From an archaeon (GTDB lineage: Archaea; Iainarchaeota; Iainarchaeia; Iainarchaeales; Iainarchaeaceae), in the NCBI GenBank assembly GCA_038046625.1, contig JBBSVV010000011.1, forward strand, positions 6,121 through 16,830: a DNA stretch of 10,710 nt. Reading direction: 5' to 3'. The notes beneath the pieces are model-generated. The model was not told the DNA's origin and ran no database searches. It saw nothing but the letters and a program-made list of their open reading frames with translations. This document shows, one piece after another, positions 1 to 6,680 of the stretch (positions are counted from its first letter, which is position 1; every line of letters begins with the position of its first letter). Both the position numbers and the translations under genes were made by a program.

Positions 1-2
1 TT

Positions 3-116
3 TCCGGGTTCGAAAAAGGCAAAACCTACCAGCTGTGGGTTGAATTCGATGACTATGAACCATTGAAATACGCCGACTTTACTGTCGATGACACGGCATT
101 CCGGGGTGGTGCGTGA
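3..116 (+). CDS. 3' end of an unknown protein (partial, ...SGFEKGKTYQLWVEFDDYEPLKYADFTVDDTAFRGGA*)
   Basis: Open frame from the window edge to TGA 114-116, which overlaps the next ATG (TGATG). This suggests translational coupling. Confidence 0.7.
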   Translation, partial: SGFEKGKTYQLWVEFDDYEPLKYADFTVDDTAFRGGA

Positions 117-1201
117 TGAAAAAATCCGCAGCTATTTTGCTCACACTCATAGTATTTTCTTCGCTTGCATTTTCAGTCCAGCAGCTTACCGTTTCGGCAT
201 CAAACTCCGTTTGGGATAACCTTGTCCCGAAAAACAAGGACTTCAAGTTTGAAATTGCGGGCCAGAATGAATTCGCGAAAGGCACCCTTGGAAAAGTATC
301 CTTTAACTATGACTACTCTAAACTCTCAAGCGCACCGGTGCATGCAATAATATATTTGGAGAAAAAAGGCGCAACAACAATACAAATTTACAATAACCTT
401 TCTGCCGAAACCTCGAAATCCGGCCTTGAAATAGACCTTTCAAAAATCCAGAATCTTGGAGAAGGGACCTATGCCGCCAGGATGTCAGTGGATATCGCTG
501 GGAAGGCAAGCGGAGTAAATGCAGATAAAAAAATAATTATTTCAGCTTCCGGTACAACTGTAAATCCAAGTTCCATAAACTGCAATTCAATCATGGAGTG
601 CCTCGCCGTTGCCGACATTCAGTTGGCTTCAAACCTCCTGGGCAAAAAAAAAATTTTGATTGACACAACGACAGGCGGAACAACATCAGGAACAACTACA
701 GGTACTGGCTCAACTGGATTAGGGACAACAGCAACGGGCTCAACCGGCAGCGGCACAACAGGATCAGGAACAACACCGGGAACAACCCCAGGTACAGCTT
801 CTTTGATATGGAAAGAAGGAATAACCGCAACCGTATTTTCCGACATAGTTACCGCAACAGGAAGAAGCTGCGCATCAGGCTTCTGCGTTGCTTTGCCCTC
901 AACCTCCGCAACAAACAGAACCGTTGAGGTGTGCAATTCAACCAAATGCGCAACGTCAAAGGTCTTGGATGTGGGCCCGTGGTGCGTACGTGACGACGAA
1001 TATGTTTTTGGCTCATCAACCCCGTTTGCGGAAAAGAACAAAGGCTCTTACCTTGACGACCTCTCCGGCAACCCCGAGTGCGTTTCAATATATGCCGGTA
1101 CACGGTACAAGAGCAACGGCGCCGGAATAGACCTTTCCACAGACCTTGCCAACCAATTGGGAATCAATGGCCTCGGAACAGTAAAGTGGCGCTTCACTTA
1201 A
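116..1201 (+). CDS. Secreted protein: signal peptide, unknown N-terminal domain, Thr/Gly linker, C-terminal RlpA-like double-psi beta-barrel (DPBB) domain
   Basis: MKK plus a hydrophobic signal. C-terminal motifs ATVF..TATG, VALPS, V.V, VLDVGPW, NGAGIDLS..LA.QLG..GLGTV.W parallel RlpA/DPBB (TAxG, AAHxxLP, VNDRGP, IDLS..AA..LG..G...V). ATG 116 preferred over GTG 113; GGGGTG at 103-108. Confidence 0.75.
   Translation: MKKSAAILLTLIVFSSLAFSVQQLTVSASNSVWDNLVPKNKDFKFEIAGQNEFAKGTLGKVSFNYDYSKLSSAPVHAIIYLEKKGATTIQIYNNLSAETSKSGLEIDLSKIQNLGEGTYAARMSVDIAGKASGVNADKKIIISASGTTVNPSSINCNSIMECLAVADIQLASNLLGKKKILIDTTTGGTTSGTTTGTGSTGLGTTATGSTGSGTTGSGTTPGTTPGTASLIWKEGITATVFSDIVTATGRSCASGFCVALPSTSATNRTVEVCNSTKCATSKVLDVGPWCVRDDEYVFGSSTPFAEKNKGSYLDDLSGNPECVSIYAGTRYKSNGAGIDLSTDLANQLGINGLGTVKWRFT
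662..802 (+). repeat. Low-complexity Thr/Gly/Ser linker with GTT-type repeats
   Basis: DTTTGGTTSGTTTGTGSTGLGTTATGSTGSGTTGSGTTPGTTPGTAS; imperfect 12-nt tandem GGAACAACACCG/GGAACAACCCCA at 767-790. Confidence 0.85.
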
Positions 1202-1203
1202 AA

Positions 1204-1222
1204 CGCGTGAACAATTCACGTG
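1204..1222. terminator. Hairpin between convergent genes, covering the pan stop codon
   Basis: CGCGTGAA-CAA-TTCACGTG, 8-bp stem with one G-T. Confidence 0.35.
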
Positions 1223-2397
1223 AACATTTTCTGGTGAGAATCGTCCTGCTGCGGCTGCCTGAATATTTTCTTCACGGCCTCATCAAAATCGCTTTTTGAA
1301 ATCTTTTTCCTGTTCTTGCGCAAGGCAAACATTCCGGCTTCGGTGCAGATGCTCTTGATGTCCGCCCCGGTTAAGCCCTCTGTTTTTTCCGCCAATGCCG
1401 AAAGGTCAATTGAACTGTCCAAAGCCATTTTTGCCGAGTGAATCCCGAAAATCTTTGTCCTCGCGTTCCTGTTCGGGGCCGGAATCTCTATTATGCGGTC
1501 GAAGCGCCCCGACCTCAAAAGCGCCGGGTCGAGCATGTCAATCCTGTTCGTTGCGCCTATAATTTTCACTCCCTTGACTTCATTGAAGCCGTCCATTTCC
1601 GCGAGCAGCTGCATCATTGTCCTTTGTACCTCGCGGTCGCCGTTTGCCGTGGCAAAGCGATGCGAACCAACCGCGTCAATCTCGTCTATGAAAATTATCG
1701 AGGGCTTTTTTTCCTTCGCAAGCTTGAACACGTCGCGAACCAGTCTGGAGCCCTCGCCTATGTACTTCCTCACCAATTCAGAGCCTGAAAGGGAAATGAA
1801 AGTGGAGTTAGTTTTGTTCGCAACGGCTTTCGCGAGCAAAGTTTTTCCCGTTCCGGGAGCGCCGTGCAGCAAAACCCCGTTCGGCGCCTCAATGCCCAAT
1901 CTCTCAAAGCTTTCCGGCTTCAGCAAGGGCAGAATTACCGCTTCCTCGAGTTCAAGTGCCTCCTTTTCGAGGCCCCCGATTTCAGTGAAAGTGACTTTCG
2001 GCTTTTCAATTACTTCCATTGCGTGCACACGCCAGTCCTTTGAATCCGGCAAAACATCCGTAATCACCAAGCTGCGCTGGTTCATGGCAACCCTCTTGCC
2101 GATTTCGACATTTTGCTCAAGGCTCTTGATTATTTTCACCTGGAACTCCATGCCGTTGCTGTTCTTCACAACCGCAGTTCCGTCGGCAAGCACATCTTCA
2201 ATAACCCCGACAACCAAAGGAGGTGTCTTGAGATCGCCGAGCTCCTTCCGCATCCTTTCAATTTCCAGCTGCAACTGGTTGAGGCGCGCGGTGCCAATCT
2301 GCTTCTCGGTTTCCATTGTCCTGAGCTGTTCCTCAATGGAGAAAACATAGTCGTAAATGTCGTAGGAGCCGCTCTTTTTCACGTTGGCTTCTGCCAT
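1216..2397 (-). CDS. pan: Proteasome-activating nucleotidase (AAA+ ATPase)
   Basis: N-terminal coiled coil then PPLVVG OB domain, IGGL, Walker A GAPGTGKT, pore loop KYIGEG, Walker B IIFIDEID, DREVQRTMMQLLAEMDGF, ATNR, RSGRFDR. Start moved from 2469 to ATG 2397: GAGGCGA lies upstream, and 2469 leaves only 2 bp before the divergent gene. Confidence 0.96.
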   Translation of the reverse strand: MAEANVKKSGSYDIYDYVFSIEEQLRTMETEKQIGTARLNQLQLEIERMRKELGDLKTPPLVVGVIEDVLADGTAVVKNSNGMEFQVKIIKSLEQNVEIGKRVAMNQRSLVITDVLPDSKDWRVHAMEVIEKPKVTFTEIGGLEKEALELEEAVILPLLKPESFERLGIEAPNGVLLHGAPGTGKTLLAKAVANKTNSTFISLSGSELVRKYIGEGSRLVRDVFKLAKEKKPSIIFIDEIDAVGSHRFATANGDREVQRTMMQLLAEMDGFNEVKGVKIIGATNRIDMLDPALLRSGRFDRIIEIPAPNRNARTKIFGIHSAKMALDSSIDLSALAEKTEGLTGADIKSICTEAGMFALRKNRKKISKSDFDEAVKKIFRQPQQDDSHQKMFT

Positions 2398-2431
2398 AAG
2401 GTTCGCCTCATTAGTCAATAACCTTTCTGAA

Positions 2432-2447
2432 GAAGAAACTTTATAAA
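2432..2447. promoter_or_regulatory. BRE/TATA box between divergent pan and site-2 protease genes
   Basis: GAAGAAAC followed by palindromic TTTATAAA (2440-2447), 24 nt before ATG 2472. Confidence 0.65.
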
Positions 2448-2471
2448 CAATGCTATCCAACTCTTTCATTT

Positions 2472-3884
2472 ATGGCTGATTTTGCGCTTATTGCGGTTGC
2501 TTTCCTGGTTGTTTCGGTCCTCGTCACTTTCCTCATAAAAAAATTCACGAAAAATGACACGTATTTTGTAATCAGCCTCATAAAAACCAAGAAGCCCATT
2601 GCCCTATTTGACAAACTCGCGAAAAACCGGAAACTGCTTGATTTTTTCGCGCTCGCAGGGCTGGTAATAGGTTTTGGCGCGATTGCAATCGACTTCTGGT
2701 TCGGCAGGAAGCTTTCTAAGGCAAAAAGAACCGCGCTTTTTCTCGCGTCCTTCCTGTCCCTTTCGCTGTTCATGGTTGCATTGGACTATTTTTTCGGCGG
2801 CGCGCTCTCATCAAACATTTTTGTGGGGCCATTTTACCTTCCGCTCGTTATTTCGTTCGGCCTCATGGGGCTCTCGGGCTTCACTCTAATGCTTCTCGTG
2901 GCGCAGGCATCCGACATTGTTTCGAAATATTTGTTGGGCATCAGGAGCTGCCCCGCAGTCGCGCCACTGATTCCGGGTGTTCAGCTTCCGAACGTTCCTA
3001 TAAGCCCGCCGCTCCACGCGTGGATTTCCCTGCTGATTATTCTGGTTGTGCACGAGGCAATGCACGGCGTTCTTGGAAGAAGGCACGGCTTCAAAATAAA
3101 ATCAACAGGAATACTTCTCCTCGGTTTTCTCCCTATAGGGGCGTTTGTTGAACCTGACGAGAACCAAGTGAAGCGCGCAAAGGCCGAAAAGGTGCTGCCT
3201 TTCCTTGCTGCGGGGCCCATGGCTAACATTGTTGTAATGCTTTTCTCCATTGTGGTTGTTGTGGGTTCAATGGCTGCGGTTGTTCCGCTCACTAATAATT
3301 TTTACCCAGGGCTTCTGGACAATGCATTTACAGGAGTGAAAATAAGCGAGGTTCTTGAAAAAACCGAGTTCTGCGGCTCGGTTTTCCCGTCCTCAGCGTT
3401 CGGAAAATTCGAGACAGGGGACACAATAAAAGAAGTGAACGGCGTTGCGATAACCGGGCCGAGGCAGCTCGTCGAACAGCTCCAGAAAAACCGGCTCATG
3501 CCAAAAACTTTTTTGCTTGAAAGGAACGGGCAGGAAATTGAAATGGCGCTGCAGCCGAATGCGCTCGGCCAGTTCGGTTTCGTTCCCGAACCCATAAGGA
3601 ATGAATCGCTGCAGGTCCCCGAATCCTATTCAGCGTATGCCACTGCGGTTGATTTGTTTGTCGAGTTCTTCTTCTGGCTGTTGTTCCTGAATTTCTCGGC
3701 GGCCGCACTCAATTTCCTTCCCATGAGCCCTTTTGACGGCGGGCGCATGGCAAAAATATTGTTCGCGCCTTACATTTCATTCACGGGAAAAACAAAAGAG
3801 CAGAGGCAGAAACTAATCGGCAAATTCTTTTTGTTTTTGGTGCTCGCGCTCTTCATAATCAATGCGTTGCCGCTGTTCTTCTAA
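2472..3884 (+). CDS. Site-2 protease family (M50) intramembrane zinc metalloprotease with PDZ-like insert
   Basis: HEAMH zinc motif, PIGAFVEPDE, AAGPMAN, PDZ-like GDTIKEVNG, NFLPMSPFDGG third-ligand motif, several TM segments. Confidence 0.93.
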   Translation: MADFALIAVAFLVVSVLVTFLIKKFTKNDTYFVISLIKTKKPIALFDKLAKNRKLLDFFALAGLVIGFGAIAIDFWFGRKLSKAKRTALFLASFLSLSLFMVALDYFFGGALSSNIFVGPFYLPLVISFGLMGLSGFTLMLLVAQASDIVSKYLLGIRSCPAVAPLIPGVQLPNVPISPPLHAWISLLIILVVHEAMHGVLGRRHGFKIKSTGILLLGFLPIGAFVEPDENQVKRAKAEKVLPFLAAGPMANIVVMLFSIVVVVGSMAAVVPLTNNFYPGLLDNAFTGVKISEVLEKTEFCGSVFPSSAFGKFETGDTIKEVNGVAITGPRQLVEQLQKNRLMPKTFLLERNGQEIEMALQPNALGQFGFVPEPIRNESLQVPESYSAYATAVDLFVEFFFWLLFLNFSAAALNFLPMSPFDGGRMAKILFAPYISFTGKTKEQRQKLIGKFFLFLVLALFIINALPLFF

Positions 3885-3887
3885 CAC

Positions 3888-3937
3888 CTTTTTCTTTCCT
3901 TTAACAAGGAAAGAAAAAGCTGTACCAAAAAGAAAGG
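3888..3937. repeat. Perfect 14-bp purine/pyrimidine hairpin plus 11-nt mirror arm (potential intrastrand triplex)
   Basis: CTTTTTCTTTCCTT-TAAC-AAGGAAAGAAAAAG (3888-3919). GGAAAGAAAAA (3908-3918) is mirrored by AAAAAGAAAGG (3927-3937). Confidence 0.8.
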
Positions 3938-3987
3938 TGTAAAAAAGAAAAGGAACTGCTCTGCTGTGCCAAAAAGAAAAGTGTAAA
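3919..3987 (+). repeat. 25-bp direct repeat, two copies (23/25 identical)
   Basis: GCTGTACCAAAAAGAAAGGTGTAAA (3919-3943) and GCTGTGCCAAAAAGAAAAGTGTAAA (3963-3987); degenerate third copy near 3990-4018. Confidence 0.75.
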
Positions 3988-3996
3988 TTCTGTGCG

Positions 3997-4036
3997 AAAA
4001 AAAGAAAAAGAAAGTAAAGGCGAAAGCCGCCTTTAC
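3997..4036 (-). terminator. ftsZ terminator: hairpin followed by U-rich tract
   Basis: Minus strand GTAAAGGCG-GCTTT-CGCCTTTAC (4036-4014) followed by TTTCTTTTTCTTTTTTT. Confidence 0.7.
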
Positions 4037-5121
4037 CTCAAATAATCCAGGTCGAATGGGTCCTTGTCAACCCCGGAGCTCCTTCCGCTTCCTTTTCCGG
4101 CCGCTGCCGAACTTGGCCCCTTGATGTACGGGCTGGAGACTCCTGTGAAGATTGTTATGACCTCAATCTTGTTCTCGAATGTCGGGTCAACCCTCGAACC
4201 CCAGATGACAGTTGCTTTAGGATCGATTCTTTCCGTGAGCATTTCTCCAATCTGGTTGGCTTCTCCGAGAGTCAAATCAGGGCCCCCGGTTATGTGGATG
4301 AGCGCTCCTGTTGCTCCCCCGATGTCGACATCAAGGAGTGCGTTCTTCAAAGTGTCTTCGACAACATCATTGACTCTGTCGACTGACTTTGATTCGCCAA
4401 CAGCAATCACTGAAAGGCCCTTGTTGCTCATTATTGAGCGCACGTCCGCGTAGTCGAGGTTGATGAGCGAGGGCTGCGTGATTGTTTCTGTTATTCCGCG
4501 CACTGTTCTCGCAATCACTTCATCGGCCACCTTGAATGCATCCTGGATCGGGAGGTTAGGCACCAATTGCACGAGCCTGTTGTTGTCAATTACAACTACA
4601 GTGTCCGTGACTTCGCGCAATGATTCGATTCCCTCCTCAGCCTTGATTAGCCTTGCTTTTTCAAGCGCGAAAGGATAGGTTACTATTGCAATTACTATTG
4701 CACCCTGTTCCTTCGCGATTTCCGCTATGATTGGCGCGCAGCCTGTTCCTGTTCCCCCGCCCATTCCCGCGCTTATGAACAGCATGTCAACTCCGTCAAG
4801 GATTTCTTCCAAGGCGCTTCGGGATACTTCTGCCGCCTTTGCGCCTATTTCGGGGTAACCGCCTGCCCCCAAACCGCGTGTTACCGACTTTCCTATTAGT
4901 ATCTTGGTTAGTTCATCGCTGATTATTGCCAGGTGCTGCTTGTCCGTGTTTACTGCAACAAGCATTGCTCCCGCAACACCCATATTTGCGAGCCTGTTGA
5001 CTGCGTTACAGCCGGCTCCTCCCGCTCCGATAACCATTATTTTCGGCGTTCCAAACTCCTCGAGCTTGTCATCCTTCTTCTCGGCGGCGGTATTCACTGC
5101 ATTTTCCACTATAGACTTCAT
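4033..5121 (-). CDS. ftsZ: Cell division protein FtsZ, archaeal FtsZ2-like
   Basis: [21 protein letters not shown], tubulin signature [10 protein letters not shown]7 loop [37 protein letters not shown] and MxxIVxxA resemble haloarchaeal FtsZ2. Start set at ATG 5121 because GTG 5130 is part of the SD GGGGTGA. Confidence 0.97.
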   Translation of the reverse strand: MKSIVENAVNTAAEKKDDKLEEFGTPKIMVIGAGGAGCNAVNRLANMGVAGAMLVAVNTDKQHLAIISDELTKILIGKSVTRGLGAGGYPEIGAKAAEVSRSALEEILDGVDMLFISAGMGGGTGTGCAPIIAEIAKEQGAIVIAIVTYPFALEKARLIKAEEGIESLREVTDTVVVIDNNRLVQLVPNLPIQDAFKVADEVIARTVRGITETITQPSLINLDYADVRSIMSNKGLSVIAVGESKSVDRVNDVVEDTLKNALLDVDIGGATGALIHITGGPDLTLGEANQIGEMLTERIDPKATVIWGSRVDPTFENKIEVITIFTGVSSPYIKGPSSAAAGKGSGRSSGVDKDPFDLDYLR

Positions 5122-5444
5122 TGGTTTCACCCCATTTTTATCTGGCTTTTGTCATTTTCAACAGAAAAAAGCTTGATTCTACTATCATTGCTGCAAACCT
5201 CCTTAATATACGTTCACTTTTATGTATAGAACCCGCATAACGCTCCTTTTTACAACAGGTGCCGAAAACAAGCCCCTTTCCTTATGTAGAATTGTTAATT
5301 TTTTCATTTTTTGCCAAAAAATGTTAATATGGCTTAACATAAGCTCTTTATCGCAAAAAAAGTGTTAAAATCCTCTTGTATTGGATTTTGGGGCGTCTTT
5401 TTGCTTTATTTTCTCGTTTTTTTCCAATTTTTTTGGTGTTTTGG

Positions 5445-5453
5445 TTTTAAATA
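5445..5453 (+). promoter_or_regulatory. TATA box of the SRP RNA gene
   Basis: TTTTAAATA, 22 nt before the predicted RNA 5' end at 5476. Confidence 0.55.
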
Positions 5454-5475
5454 GTGGTTGCGCCCATTATATTTC

Positions 5476-5746
5476 GGGCTAGGTTGGGGAAGTAGCGGTA
5501 CCCCTGTTGCCTGAAATCCCGCTTTAGCAGGAACCGAATCCCTAGGGGCGGTCAATTCTGGGCTGTAGCGCCAACCCTTTACAATGACCTTCTGTCCCTT
5601 GAGATTGCTTGGCCGAGCCAACCCCGTGAGGCCCGGAAGGGTGCAGCGGTAACTTTGCTTTTCAATGCTTAAGGCAAACGGAAGCAAGGACGGGCTTGGG
5701 TTAACGCTTCAGCTCCGGATTCGATCCACTTTAGGGAGTGCCCACT
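5476..5746 (+). ncRNA. ffs: Archaeal signal recognition particle (7S/SRP) RNA
   Basis: 5' GGGCTAGG pairing with 3' GCCC (5740-5743). Alu domain: helix GGGG/CCCC (5486-5489/5501-5504), UGU turn, helix CCTG/CAGG, loop-loop AGCGG (5494-5498)/CCGCT (5519-5523). Long helix 5, e.g. 5539-5547/5729-5737. Helix 8 AGG-CCC-GGAA-GGG-TGCAG with tetraloop 5635-5638. Ends approximate. Confidence 0.93.
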
Positions 5747-5756
5747 GCACTTTCAC

Positions 5757-5775
5757 GCAGAATCTTTGATTCTGC
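5757..5775. terminator. Hairpin just downstream of SRP RNA, in a convergent gap
   Basis: GCAGAATC-TTT-GATTCTGC, perfect 8-bp stem. Confidence 0.4.
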
Positions 5776-5876
5776 TGGAACCTGCACTAAAAGAAAAGAT
5801 GCCGGAGTCGACTAGCAAAGAAAAAGAACCGCCGCGCTGTACTTAGCTAATTAAAAGAGTGAAAGTTTTCAGGCGC

Positions 5877-6644
5877 CTACTCAAACCCGGTTTGTGTCAT
5901 CCTGGCTATTTCCAAGATGAAAACATCCTTTCGCCTTTCATCCATCGGATACTTGCTGACTATTTTTAGTATGAAATTTCTTGACAATTCAGCGTACCTT
6001 TGTATGTATGCCCGGTCATAGGACTTGCCGTGTATTCCCAATTCCCTGAAGCTTGTCACAATCCACCTGTAGTCTTCAGACAATATCTTTGCCGCTTCCT
6101 TCGGGTTTCTCCAATCAATTTTCACTTCGGAAGCATATTTCAAATCAATTACCCCGATGCGCGACTTTGATGCCACGAGGTTCAGGAAGTGAGGGTGGTT
6201 ATGGAGTATTCCAATTGAGTGCATTGTCCCGATAGTCCTTGCCGCTGAAGAGAGCAGTCTCCTCAACTGCCTGTTCGCGGAAGGATTCTTTCCTTGAATA
6301 GATAACAGTCTTCTTAACGCGCCCATCAGGCTATTTTCATAAACGCCTTTTTTTCTTGACCCAATCCTGGAAAAAGAAATAACTCCGGATTTCGATACAC
6401 CGACTATTTCAGGCACTAATATCCCAGCCCTTGAAAGCCTCTTTGATATTTTCAGAATTTCATCCGGGGTGTTTGTGTCATGGGAAGTTCTAAGCGCAAT
6501 GACCGGCCTTTTTCCCAGTCTCCCAAAAGACGAGTACCGAATAAAAGTCTTGCCCCTGGGGTCCCCGGCTTGTATTTTGCCCAGTAGCCGTGGCTCAGCA
6601 TCCCTTCCGGAAAGCCTGTTTGCCTTTCCCCTTCTGATTACCAT
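5877..6644 (-). CDS. Atypical kinase-fold protein (Bud32/RIO/Kdo-like), very basic
   Basis: LSRAGILVPEIVG, AARTIGTMHSIGILHNHPHFLNL (cf. LHxxGIxHGDLxxxN), IGVIDL (cf. DFG), later ED. TTTATAA box 20 nt upstream. Confidence 0.75.
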   Translation of the reverse strand: MVIRRGKANRLSGRDAEPRLLGKIQAGDPRGKTFIRYSSFGRLGKRPVIALRTSHDTNTPDEILKISKRLSRAGILVPEIVGVSKSGVISFSRIGSRKKGVYENSLMGALRRLLSIQGKNPSANRQLRRLLSSAARTIGTMHSIGILHNHPHFLNLVASKSRIGVIDLKYASEVKIDWRNPKEAAKILSEDYRWIVTSFRELGIHGKSYDRAYIQRYAELSRNFILKIVSKYPMDERRKDVFILEIARMTQTGFE

Positions 6645-6680
6645 GAAGAAAATGTCCCGCGAATTATAAATTAGTTGCGT

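Noticed and set aside
1493..2350. 285-aa plus-strand ORF
   Set aside because: Antisense shadow of pan; no recognisable motifs.
2398..2471. Head-to-head genes only 2 bp apart (starts 2469 and 2472)
   Set aside because: Artefact of longest-ORF calling; ATG 2397 has an SD-like site and leaves room for the promoter.
3919..4018. Mini CRISPR array
   Set aside because: Only two good copies, 19-nt low-complexity spacer, no cas genes.
5453..5479. AGTGG upstream of SRP RNA complementary to its 3' CCACT (split helix 1 or permuted RNA?)
   Set aside because: Only 5 nt and adjacent to the TATA box, so probably untranscribed; gene is collinear, not permuted.
5406..5687. 93-aa minus-strand ORF
   Set aside because: Antisense to the SRP RNA.
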